From contig CBDETK010000013.1 in the NCBI GenBank assembly GCA_965242865.1, positions 3,584,001-3,648,000 of the forward strand: a stretch of 64,000 nt of DNA, read 5' to 3'. Numbering within the stretch: position 1 is the first letter of the stretch; every line of letters starts with the position of its first letter. The position numbers and the translations under genes were made by a program. The notes under the pieces are model-generated. The model was not told the DNA's origin. It saw only the letters and a program-made list of their open reading frames with translations, and made no database searches. Origin of the DNA: Candidatus Latescibacterota bacterium (GTDB taxonomy: Bacteria; Latescibacterota; UBA2968; UBA8231). This document shows, piece after piece, positions 19,869-28,610 of this stretch.

Positions 19869-20137
19869 ACCCCTATTGGCGGTACTTTGCCGCGCACGAA
19901 TTCGGCGATGGAACGCACCGACACAAACCGTTCCGCCCGCAGTTCCTCGTCTTCCACATCAATGGCAAAGTGCGTTTCCAAGGCCATGACGAGCTGTAGC
20001 ATGACTATTGAATCAGCCCCCAGACCATCACCCAACAGCAACTCGTCGTCCGCGATAGCCTCCGGTTCGATCTCCAGTTCAAGAGCTTGGACGATAACCT
20101 GTTTGATCTGTGCTTCGAGTTTCATCTCGATGTCCAT
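19865..20137 (-). CDS. Acyl carrier protein
   Basis: Acidic 90 aa protein with LGADSI phosphopantetheine motif. Confidence 0.85.
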   Translation of the reverse strand: MDIEMKLEAQIKQVIVQALELEIEPEAIADDELLLGDGLGADSIVMLQLVMALETHFAIDVEDEELRAERFVSVRSIAEFVRGKVPPIGV

Positions 20138-20216
20138 GATCGCCTATTCTTCCGTTTGCGGCGCACGAAACATGCTTCGTGAGGGCATGCTTTAGAAATA
20201 CCCGAAGATCAGCGGA

Positions 20217-20248
20217 GTGGACCGGGGATCACTTTGACCCCGGTCCAC
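20217..20248. terminator. Hairpin downstream of peptide cassette 2
   Basis: GTGGACCGGGG / CCCCGGTCCAC, duplicate of 15477-15512. Confidence 0.65.
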
Positions 20249-20269
20249 GCGCTCATCAACGGCTCCGTT

Positions 20270-20375
20270 CTACCGAACTAAGTCGTGCCAGCAAGACCGA
20301 CAAGGAACGATGGCGCCCTACGTGTCAACACAGGCCGGACCGTAGCTTGTATTTACGGATTGGATGCAGAATCAT
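20270..20375 (-). pseudogene. Degenerate precursor paralog
   Basis: Near-identical to the 5' end of the 15938 ORF. Removing one base gives MILHPSVNTSYGPACVDT*GAIVPCRSC (frameshift plus TAG). Confidence 0.55.
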
Positions 20376-20409
20376 GGCTTCAGACCTCCTCTACCTTGGC
20401 TACCCAGGG

Positions 20410-20475
20410 CTAGGCCAGCGGGGACTGTTCGTCGAGCCGACGATACCTGATTTCGGCTAAGGGGTGCAGAGTCAT
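20410..20475 (-). CDS. Short leader-motif ORF (21 aa)
   Basis: RBS GAGGAGG then MTLHPLAEIRYRRLDEQSPLA. Confidence 0.4.
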   Translation of the reverse strand: MTLHPLAEIRYRRLDEQSPLA

Positions 20476-20565
20476 GGCGGACCTCCTCTTTATAGGGTGG
20501 ATGGAAAGCCGGCCCTTCAGCAGGTGCGGCCAAACGGCTTGCTTTCGCGCTCACCTATACACCAT

Positions 20566-20581
20566 AGCACATTCCGTGCCA
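20566..20581 (-). promoter_or_regulatory. Sigma54 -24/-12 promoter (module 2)
   Basis: TGGCACGGAATGTGCT with GG-N10-GC spacing. Confidence 0.8.
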
Positions 20582-20670
20582 AACGGAGCCGCAAAGCCGT
20601 AATTGATTGTTATACAAAGGGTTATAGAAAATGGGGGCCTTTCGTCCAAGTCGCCGAGTCGCGCTTCCAT

Positions 20671-20758
20671 TGCACCCTTTTGACGCACCTAACGACCTGT
20701 TTTATTTGTATCTCACGTCTTTACAATGGCTTAGAGCAAGTGCGTCAAAAGAGCCGCA
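20671..20758. promoter_or_regulatory. Putative bEBP enhancer sites (module 2)
   Basis: TGCACCCTTTTGACGCA and TGCGTCAAAAGAGCCGCA start 70 bp apart. Confidence 0.65.
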
Positions 20759-20845
20759 GTGCGCTAAAAGTGACCGCGGGGGCCGTTGCGTGAGTTGCTC
20801 TCAATCGTTACGCTCAGGTTTATCCTTCGTTTGAGGAGTCGCGCC

Positions 20846-22582
20846 ATGCTTGGATCCTACCCCCGCATTCCCTACGGTTGGGCCGATTTCCGGGCCATCC
20901 GCTTGGAAAAGCGTCTCTACGTGGATAAGACGCGCTTTGTCCACGCCTTGGAAGAGGAGCGCTACGTCTTTTTCATTCGGCCGCGTCGCTTTGGCAAGTC
21001 CTGCTGGGTGTCCCTGCTGGCCAACTACTACGACCGCACCCGCGCCGACGACTTTGATGCCGTCTTCGGCGGCACGGACCTCGGCAATAATCCCACCGCC
21101 AACCGCCATCGCTACGTCGTCCTGCGCTTCAACTTTTCGACGTTCAAAAACGCCTTGGAAACCCTCGAACACTACTTTGGAGAGTATTGTCAACTGGTGG
21201 TTCGGCACGCGCTGGAGCGCAACCGAGATTTGTTTCCCGAGGCGGCACGGCGGCACATTCGCTCGTCGAGTTCGGTCAATGGCCAGCTCAACGAGCTATT
21301 CTTGTACGCCGGCGATCACGGCATTCGGCTGTACGTGCTCATTGACGAGTACGACAACTTTGCCAACACGGTGCTGGCGCACCACGGCGAGGCGGCCTAT
21401 CAGTCGTTCACGCACGGCGGCGGCTTCTACCGCAACTTTTTTGCCACGCTCAAGGGCGGCACGGAACAAAGTCGCGGCGGCTTGGAGCGGCTGTTCATCA
21501 CCGGGGTGTCGCCGATTACCATGGACGACGTCACCAGCGGCTTCAACATCGGCCGCAACATCAGCCTGCGGCCGGAGTTCAACGACCTGCTCGGCTTCAC
21601 CGAGGAGGAGGTGCGAAGCCTGCTGGAGCTGTACCTCGACCACGGCGTGTTCAATCAGGATGTCGAAGGCGCGCTGGCGGTGATGCGCGAGTGGTACAAC
21701 GGCTATCGGTTCGCCAAGAGTGCCCAAGGCGACCTCTACAACACCGACATGGTGCTCTATTTCCTCGCTGAATCCATTCCGAACAAACCCATGCCGGACG
21801 AATTGATCGACACCAATGTCCGCATCGACTACGGCAAGTTGCGCCACTTGCTGACGGTCAACCGCCAACTCAACGGCAACTTCGACCTGCTACGCCACAT
21901 CATCGGCGAGCAACAGGTAGATACCCCCCTCCAACTCAGCTTCCCCCTCGACCGACTCGACCGGCGCGAAAACTTCCTGTCCCTGCTGCATTACTTCGGT
22001 CTGCTCAGCATTCGGGGGGTGTCGCAGGGGGTGCCGCGGTTAGGCATTCCCAACCAAACGGTCAAGCGGCTGATGTACGGCTACCTGCGCGATGGATACG
22101 ATGATGTGGGGGTGTTTTCCGTCGATGGGTACACCTTCTCCCGCTTGGTGCGCGAGATGGCCTACGAAGGAGCTTGGCGACCGGTATTGGACTTTCTGCG
22201 CGACGCCCTCGCCGAACAAACCGGCATCCGCGACTACATGGACGGCGAAAAGGTCATCCACGGCTTTGTCGCCGCGCACTTGAGCATGGTCGCTCAGTTT
22301 CTGCTCCACTCCGAGTACGAACTGAACAAGGGCTATGCGGACCTGTACTTGGAGCCGTTCCTCGCCCGATACCCCGATATGCGGTTCGGCTATGTGCTCG
22401 AACTCAAGTATGTGAAACGAAGCGATCCCCTCGGCGAATCCGTCGCCGCGGCCAAGGTGCAGGAAGCCGTGCTTCAGTTGCGCGGCTACTTGGCGGACCC
22501 GTCCCTGCGCCGCGGCCACCCGGCGGTGCGGCACATTGGCTTGGCGGCGGTGTTTCACGGCTGGGAGTTGGTTGCCTACTAA
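20846..22582 (+). CDS. AAA-ATPase-like protein with PD-(D/E)XK nuclease domain
   Basis: YVDKT, RPRRFGKS, LIDEYD, WYNGYRF, GYADL...ELKY. Confidence 0.9.
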   Translation: MLGSYPRIPYGWADFRAIRLEKRLYVDKTRFVHALEEERYVFFIRPRRFGKSCWVSLLANYYDRTRADDFDAVFGGTDLGNNPTANRHRYVVLRFNFSTFKNALETLEHYFGEYCQLVVRHALERNRDLFPEAARRHIRSSSSVNGQLNELFLYAGDHGIRLYVLIDEYDNFANTVLAHHGEAAYQSFTHGGGFYRNFFATLKGGTEQSRGGLERLFITGVSPITMDDVTSGFNIGRNISLRPEFNDLLGFTEEEVRSLLELYLDHGVFNQDVEGALAVMREWYNGYRFAKSAQGDLYNTDMVLYFLAESIPNKPMPDELIDTNVRIDYGKLRHLLTVNRQLNGNFDLLRHIIGEQQVDTPLQLSFPLDRLDRRENFLSLLHYFGLLSIRGVSQGVPRLGIPNQTVKRLMYGYLRDGYDDVGVFSVDGYTFSRLVREMAYEGAWRPVLDFLRDALAEQTGIRDYMDGEKVIHGFVAAHLSMVAQFLLHSEYELNKGYADLYLEPFLARYPDMRFGYVLELKYVKRSDPLGESVAAAKVQEAVLQLRGYLADPSLRRGHPAVRHIGLAAVFHGWELVAY

Positions 22583-22617
22583 GCCGTAGAAGAGGCCTAG
22601 CCGCACGGAGAATCCCA

Positions 22618-22941
22618 ATGGCCAAAAATAGCCAGCTCGTGTATTCCTCGGATACCGGCCGCGTACCCCAGCAAAAAAAGCAGGCCGCGGCCCCCACTGG
22701 CGACGGCATCGCCCGCGTGCGCCGCGAGAAAAAGGGCCGCCGCGGCAAGACCGCGACCACGATCTCGGGCCTGCGGCTATCCCCAACCGAGCTCAAGGCC
22801 CTCGCCTCCGCACTCAAGCGCCACTGCGGCAGCGGCGGGTCGGTCGTCGATCGCGTAATAGAAATTCAGGGGGATAAGGTAGAAGTCGTGCTCGCCGAAC
22901 TGGCCAAGCGCGGCTATCGGGCCAAGCGCGCTGGCGGCTGA
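22618..22941 (+). CDS. yciH: SUI1/eIF1-like translation initiation inhibitor
   Basis: LVYSSDTG, EKKGRRGK, LKRHCGSGGSV, IEIQGD. Confidence 0.9.
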   Translation: MAKNSQLVYSSDTGRVPQQKKQAAAPTGDGIARVRREKKGRRGKTATTISGLRLSPTELKALASALKRHCGSGGSVVDRVIEIQGDKVEVVLAELAKRGYRAKRAGG

Positions 22942-22950
22942 TGAGGCCCT

Positions 22951-24228
22951 TCAATTTGAGGGCGGGATTTGCTTGCCCTGCGGGTCTTGCTCGTCGCTGA
23001 TTTGCGCGCCCAACTCGGCGGCCAGCTCGCCGCCAATAAAGTGTTCAATCGCGTCGGCCGGGGCGTGGACGTGGTCTTTGGGGAGGCCCAACTGGCTCAT
23101 ATAGGTCTCCCAAAGCCGGTGATTGCGCAGCAGGCGCAGCGCGGCTTGTTGGCCCTTGGCAGACAAGCCGACGAGGCCATTGGCCTCGCTCAGCAGGTGC
23201 CGCCGCCGCAGGTTGCCAACCGCCAGCCGCGCCAGCAGGCCCCAAACAGCCGCGACCGCCACGAGCTCGGCCGGCCGCAGCCCCGCGCGCTCAGCCCCGC
23301 TTTCCTCGCGTCGCACCAAGGCGAGCAGTATGTGGTCTTGCGCCACTTGCAGGGATAGCCGCACGCGCTGGTAGATCCGCGCCAGCACGCCCTGATTGGG
23401 CGAAAAAAGCAGGGAAAAGACAAAGACCGCGCCGATGACCACCACCATGGCCCCGGCGATGGAGCTATTCCACAGGCTGGCCAAAAAGTAGCCCGCCACC
23501 GCCGAGACCACGCCAAAGAACGCGGCCAACCCCAGCACCGCGATGAGCCGGTCGCTCCACAGGTACGCGGCAGCCCCGGGCACGATCAGCATGGCCACGA
23601 CTAAGATCGCGCCGACCGCCTCAAACGACGCCACCGTCGTCAGGGCGACCAACCCCATCAAGAGATAGTGCATCAGGGTGGCGTTGATCCCCACCGACAT
23701 GGCCATGGCCGGATCAAACGCGGAAATTTTGAATTCCTTGTACAAAAGCGCGACCACCGTCAGATTGATCGCGAGCACCGCGCCCAATATCCACACCGGG
23801 CGCGGCCCCAGCGACGTATCGCCCCACAGCAGCAGGTCCCAAGGGGTATAGGCGATTTCGCCGTAGAGCACGCACTCCTGATCGAGATCGACTTGGCCGG
23901 CATACGCGGTAATGATCACCACGCCCAGCGCGAACAGCGCGGTAAACACAATGCCGATGGCCGCGTCCTCCTGCACGCGCCACCGCCGGTGAAACGCCTC
24001 GACCAACAGCGCGGTCACCAAGCCTAAGACGGCCGCGCCCAAAAACATCGGCAGCACCGCCCGGCTGCCCGACAGCAGGAAGGCCACGGCGATCCCGGGC
24101 AGCACCGAGTGGCTCAACGCGTCGCCCAACAGTGCCATCTTGCGCAGCACCAAGAAGGTGCCCAACAAGCCACAAGACGCGGTGACCAACGCGCCAGTGA
24201 GCACGATCCAGAAAGCCCCTTCGCTCAT
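22951..24228 (-). CDS. Mn/Zn ABC permease with C-terminal DtxR-like domain
   Basis: GDALSHSVLPG. C-terminal RNHRLWETY...ADAIEH...DPQGKQIP. Confidence 0.9.
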   Translation of the reverse strand: MSEGAFWIVLTGALVTASCGLLGTFLVLRKMALLGDALSHSVLPGIAVAFLLSGSRAVLPMFLGAAVLGLVTALLVEAFHRRWRVQEDAAIGIVFTALFALGVVIITAYAGQVDLDQECVLYGEIAYTPWDLLLWGDTSLGPRPVWILGAVLAINLTVVALLYKEFKISAFDPAMAMSVGINATLMHYLLMGLVALTTVASFEAVGAILVVAMLIVPGAAAYLWSDRLIAVLGLAAFFGVVSAVAGYFLASLWNSSIAGAMVVVIGAVFVFSLLFSPNQGVLARIYQRVRLSLQVAQDHILLALVRREESGAERAGLRPAELVAVAAVWGLLARLAVGNLRRRHLLSEANGLVGLSAKGQQAALRLLRNHRLWETYMSQLGLPKDHVHAPADAIEHFIGGELAAELGAQISDEQDPQGKQIPPSN

Positions 24229-24419
24229 TCGCCCCCCCCCGGCGGCAGTGGCTCCATCCCCGTACCCGTGGGGGCGTCCCCCTGTGGACGCCCTCCCTTC
24301 CCTCGCTCATTCGCCCCCCCCCGGCAGTAATGGCTCCATCCCCGTACCCGTGGGGGCGTCCCCCTGTGGACGCCCTCCCTTCCCTCGCTCATTCGCGCCC
24401 TCCCCGGCGGTAGTGGCTG
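24221..24419. repeat. 82-bp tandem repeat (2 full copies + partial) containing a REP-like hairpin
   Basis: TCGCTCATTC recurs at 24221, 24303 and 24385. Each full unit holds GTGGGGGCGTCCCCCTGTGGACGCCC. Confidence 0.9.
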
Positions 24420-25723
24420 CCGGTGCCGTGGATATTGACGATCCGGGCCGGGTCCAACCCTTGCTCGCGCTTGAGGATGTCCTCTAGCTCGGCAATGATT
24501 TCCGGCGTCAGCAAGTGCTCCACCTCGTCGGCCGGCCGATCCACGTGATCCGCGTCGAGTATATCCCGATAATACAAGTAGTGTTCCCACAAGCGGTGCG
24601 ATTTAACCACGAACAGCCCTTCCTCCGCGCCGGTGGCCGTTAGGACGAAACGCCCGTCTCGGGGCGCGACCAGCCCCTTTTCGGCGAGCTGCCGCCCGAG
24701 GCGTTTGACCCGGTCGGGCGACAGGCCCATCTCAATGGCCAGTTCCTCCACGGCCCAGGGGCGGCTCGTTCTTAGCTTCTCTTGCAGCTCGACGCAGGCG
24801 CGCAAAAAGTGCTGCTGGCTCTCGCGGCGGCTGTTGTGCCGCTGCCGCCGCCACCGCGCCAACACCCCGCGCCGGGGCGCGAAAAGAGCCGAAACCACAA
24901 AGCACCAAGTGGCGATGAGCACCATCACCGGGCCGGTGGGAACCCGCGGCACCAAGGAGCTGATGAAGGTGCCGACCACGCCAGCCAACCCCCCGAACGC
25001 AGCCGCGAGCAGGACCATCTCGTGCAACCGCTCGGTCCAAAAGCGCGCTGCCACGGCCGGCGTGATGAGCATGGCCGCAATCAGCACCACGCCGACGGCC
25101 TGCAAGCCGACGATCACCGTCAGGGCAATAAGCCCCATGAGCAGGGCGTCGATCCAGCGGGATGAGTACCCGAGTGTCTGCAAGAAGTCCGCGTCGAAAA
25201 TCAGGGCCTTGAACTCCTTAAAAAACAGGGCCACTGCGAGGAGGATGAGGACCGCCAGTGCGCTCATGACGCGCAGGTCGTCTTCTACCAGCGAGGCCGC
25301 TTGCCCAAAGAGGAATTTGTCCAAGCCGCTCTGATTGCCCGTGCCGACCCGCTGAACGTGGGTCAACAGCACGATGCCCACGCCAAAAAACACGGACAGG
25401 ACAATGCCGATGGCTGAATCGGCCTTGACGCGGGTAAAGTTGATGATGAACTGCATCACCAACACCCCGAGCACCCCGGAAATCGCCGCGCCCGCCAGCA
25501 GCACCGGCAGGGCCTTGCTCCCAGTCCACAAGTAGGCCAACGCCACGCCCGGCAGGGCCGCGTGCGCCAGCGCGTCGCCGACGAGGCTCCGCCGCCGCAA
25601 CACGGCAAACGACCCCAGCAACCCGCCAGTCGCGCCGATCAGCAGGGCGCCGAAGAGCACGAAGCGCACGTTGGCGTCGGCCAAGCTCAAAAAGCGCAGG
25701 GCGTTTTCGGCGATCACGGTCAA
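24389..25723 (-). CDS. Mn/Zn ABC permease with C-terminal DtxR-like domain
   Basis: [18 protein letters not shown]...ADEVEH. TTG start overlaps the ATPase stop. Confidence 0.88.
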   Translation of the reverse strand: MTVIAENALRFLSLADANVRFVLFGALLIGATGGLLGSFAVLRRRSLVGDALAHAALPGVALAYLWTGSKALPVLLAGAAISGVLGVLVMQFIINFTRVKADSAIGIVLSVFFGVGIVLLTHVQRVGTGNQSGLDKFLFGQAASLVEDDLRVMSALAVLILLAVALFFKEFKALIFDADFLQTLGYSSRWIDALLMGLIALTVIVGLQAVGVVLIAAMLITPAVAARFWTERLHEMVLLAAAFGGLAGVVGTFISSLVPRVPTGPVMVLIATWCFVVSALFAPRRGVLARWRRQRHNSRRESQQHFLRACVELQEKLRTSRPWAVEELAIEMGLSPDRVKRLGRQLAEKGLVAPRDGRFVLTATGAEEGLFVVKSHRLWEHYLYYRDILDADHVDRPADEVEHLLTPEIIAELEDILKREQGLDPARIVNIHGTGSHYRRGGRE

Positions 25724-26490
25724 CTCTCGCGCCGCTGCTCCGCCATGGCTTGGGCGGCCTGCGAGAGCACGGTCAGCCGACCGCCGTAGGTCTTTTGCAG
25801 GTTGTCGTCGGTAAAGACTTCGCGGGTTGGGCCGGATGCCACGACCCGCATGTTGAGCATGATGACCCAGTCGAAGTATTCGGTCACCGTCTGCAAGTCG
25901 TGGTGAACCACTAAGATGGTTTTGCCCTGCTGGCGCAGGGCCACCAAGCTGGCGATGATCGCGCGCTCGGTGGCCGCATCCACCCCGGCAAAAGGCTCGT
26001 CCATGATGTAAATGCGGGCCTCTTGGGCCAAGGCGCGGGCGAGAAAGACTCGCTGCTGCTGGCCGCCCGACAGCTGGCTGATCTGCCGCTCGGCAAACGG
26101 GGCCATATCGACCTCGTCGAGGGCCGCCCAAGCGAGGCGGCGATCTTCCTTGCGCGGCCGCCGCAGCCATCCCACATGGCCATAGCGGCCCATGAGCACC
26201 ACGTCGAGCGCGCTGACCGGGAAGTCCCAATCCACGGATTCGCGCTGCGGCACATAGCCGATGATCTTGCGCATCTGGCTGTAGTCCTCGCCGTAGATTT
26301 TGACCCAGCCCGACGCCTTGGGCACGAGATCCATAATGGCCTTGATCATGGTGCTCTTGCCCGAGCCGTTGGGACCGATGATGCCGACGAGCTGCCCTTC
26401 GGGCACATCGAGGTCCACGTCCCACAGCACCGGCTTCTTGTGGTAGGCAATGGTCATGTCGTGGATTTGGATGGGATGGAGCGCGCTCAC
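25720..26490 (-). CDS. Mn/Zn ABC ATP-binding protein (MntB/TroB-like)
   Basis: [31 protein letters not shown]. Confidence 0.93.
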   Translation of the reverse strand: MSALHPIQIHDMTIAYHKKPVLWDVDLDVPEGQLVGIIGPNGSGKSTMIKAIMDLVPKASGWVKIYGEDYSQMRKIIGYVPQRESVDWDFPVSALDVVLMGRYGHVGWLRRPRKEDRRLAWAALDEVDMAPFAERQISQLSGGQQQRVFLARALAQEARIYIMDEPFAGVDAATERAIIASLVALRQQGKTILVVHHDLQTVTEYFDWVIMLNMRVVASGPTREVFTDDNLQKTYGGRLTVLSQAAQAMAEQRRES

Positions 26491-27389
26491 CGCAAGGCTC
26501 CCACCAGGGTATTGACGTTGCTTTCGACCATGCCCACGTACGTGTCGGCGCCGCTGCCGGCCACCCCCATTGCGTCCGAGTATAGGGTGCCGCCGATTTC
26601 CACTTGGAAGCCGCGCTCCAAGCACCCTTCGCGCACCGCCTCAATCGAGCGCGCCGGCACGCTGCTCTCGACGAATATGGCCTTGACCTCGCGCTCCACG
26701 ATCAGATCGACGAGCCGAGTGACGTCGTTGACCCCGTACTCGGCCACCGTGGAAATGCCTTGCAGGCCGACGACCTCCACGCCGTAAGCCCGACCAAAAT
26801 AGCCAAAGGCATCGTGGGCCGTAATCAGCACCCGGCGGGCCTCCGGCAGCAGCGCGACCTGCTCGACGACCCATTGGTGCAGCGAGTCGAGGCGCGCTCG
26901 GTAGCGGGCGCCGTTCTGGCGATAGACCGCGGCCCCGTCCGGGTCCAGCGCGCTCAGGCGGGCCACGACCGGCTCAATCGTCTGCGCCCACAGCGATACG
27001 TCGAACCAGATGTGGGGATCAAAGTGGCCCTCAAACTCCGGGGGACGCAGCAAGCGCTCTTTCGGTAGGTGCTCGGCCACGGCCAACACCTGCTTGCGGC
27101 GGGCCATTTTGGCGAACACATCTTCGAGCTTGCCTTCGAGGAAAAGGCCGTTGAAGAGAATCAAATTCGCGGCCGTTAGCTTGGCCAAATCGCCCTGCGA
27201 TGCCTTGTAGTAATGCGGATCAACGCCCGGGCCCATCATCCCGACAACCGCGATGCGATCGCCGCCGATGTTCCGAGCGAGGTCGGCCACCATTCCCGTG
27301 GTACACACCACCTCGATCTGTTGGTCGCCGCGCTCGGGTGCGCCGCACCCCAACGCGCACGACAAAATGAAAATGAAAATCCAGCGCAT
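26487..27389 (-). CDS. Mn/Zn ABC substrate-binding lipoprotein (TroA/MntA-like)
   Basis: [29 protein letters not shown]. Confidence 0.93.
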   Translation of the reverse strand: MRWIFIFILSCALGCGAPERGDQQIEVVCTTGMVADLARNIGGDRIAVVGMMGPGVDPHYYKASQGDLAKLTAANLILFNGLFLEGKLEDVFAKMARRKQVLAVAEHLPKERLLRPPEFEGHFDPHIWFDVSLWAQTIEPVVARLSALDPDGAAVYRQNGARYRARLDSLHQWVVEQVALLPEARRVLITAHDAFGYFGRAYGVEVVGLQGISTVAEYGVNDVTRLVDLIVEREVKAIFVESSVPARSIEAVREGCLERGFQVEIGGTLYSDAMGVAGSGADTYVGMVESNVNTLVGALR

Positions 27390-27425
27390 AGTTCCTTACT
27401 CGTTTAACCGCCGCTCCGCCTCGTC

Positions 27426-27464
27426 GCTTGAAGATGCAGCTTGAAGATGCAGCTTGAAGATGCA
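27426..27464. repeat. 13-bp tandem repeat x3 (GCTTGAAGATGCA)
   Basis: Three perfect copies upstream of the metal-uptake operon. Confidence 0.9.
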
Positions 27465-27552
27465 GAGCGCAGTATGCAGTTGATTGGTGATATAGCCGTC
27501 CTAAATGACTTGAAAGCATGAAATGTTCATCGGCCCTGTTTTTTGCGTAGAG

Positions 27553-27782
27553 AGGTCATTTGTATGTTGCAGTCGGGTTTCCGATTGGCCACTCTGAAAG
27601 GGCGGGGTGAGGGGCGCGTCGTGCGTCACTGGGTGCGCGGCCTGGTTTGGGCGGCGGCACCGTGCGGGAGTACGACCACCCCTCACCCACCTATCTCGTT
27701 GTCGCTCCGAACGGATACAGGGGCCCAAGGCCCGCATTACAAGTGTGGAGGACAGCATCATTATAACCAGGAGGCTATTCGT
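27553..27782 (+). ncRNA. Candidate IS110 left-end non-coding (bridge) RNA region
   Basis: ~230-nt segment with pairing arms (GGGGTGAGGGG / CCCCTCACCC; GGGCCC / GGGCCC) directly upstream of the IS110 ORF. Boundaries approximate. Confidence 0.4.
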
Positions 27783-28410
27783 ATGAAAGTCATTGCCGGT
27801 ATGGACGTAGGCAAGACGAGTTTGGACGTGTCGGTGTCGGCGGGTCCGGTGCGTCGGTTTGAGAACACCCCGGCGGGCTTTGCGGTCTTGGGGGCGTGGT
27901 TGACCCGTCAGGGGGCAACCGAGGTCGTGTGCGAACCGACGGGGGGCTATGAGCGGGCGGCGGTGCGGTGGTTGCAGCGCACGGGGGTGTCGGTCCACGT
28001 AGCGCACCCCAACCGCGTGCGAAGCTTCGTGCGGGCAGCTAGGCACCAGGCCAAGACCGACGCTTTGGACGCCCAGATGCTGGCGCGGTATGGGGCGGTC
28101 TTCCCGATGCCGCGCTGGCTGGCCAAGGAAGCCGATCGGGAGGAACTACAGGACCTGCTGCGCCGGCGTAAGCCGTTGGTTCAACAGCGGGTGCAGGAAA
28201 GCCAGCGGCTGGACAAAGGGCTGACCGAAGGGGCTACACCTCCATTGAGCGCCATCTCCAGTGGCTCGACGAAGAGATTGCACAGGTGGAGGAAGCCCAC
28301 CGGGCGGCGGTGAAAAACAACGCCTCGCTGGAGTGTACCGGGCGTCGGGGAACGGACCGCCGCGACACTGGTGGGGTATCTGCCGGAGTTAGGGCAATGG
28401 GGTACTTTAC
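27783..28410 (+). mobile_element. IS110-family transposase pseudogene (frameshifted, truncated)
   Basis: AGMDVGK, VCEPTGGYE and AKTDALDA DEDD motifs. A shifted frame continues PGVGERTAATLVGYLPELG, then the similarity ends. Confidence 0.85.
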
Positions 28411-28417
28411 TACACAA

Positions 28418-28467
28418 GGGTCGAGGGCATCTTGCCCTCGTCGAAGGCGGGACGCCCTCGATCCCGG
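28418..28467. repeat. Inverted dimer of REP-like family A
   Basis: TCGAGGGCATCTTGCCCTCG followed by TCGAAGGCGGGACGCCCTCGATCCCGG. Confidence 0.65.
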
Positions 28468-28610
28468 CCGCAACGGCAACGTTTCCAAGCTCTTGATCTG
28501 TATATCGCCTCCATGTCTAAGTATATTTGACGCACAACTCACTCATCTCCAGATCGAATACGGCCCGTCTATACTGGGCGGGCAATTCCACTCATTTTAA
28601 GGAGGTCGAA

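Noticed and set aside
22174-22617. N-terminal extension of yciH
   Set aside because: It overlaps the AAA gene out of frame. Homology starts at 22618.
24221-24419. CRISPR array
   Set aside because: The units are near-identical tandem copies with no unique spacers, and there are no cas genes.
24389-26644. 751-aa permease ORF
   Set aside because: The N-terminal ~300 aa is a shadow frame of the ATPase gene.
28468-28610. Cobalamin/TPP riboswitch before the TonB receptor
   Set aside because: No recognisable conserved motifs by eye. An Rfam scan would settle it.
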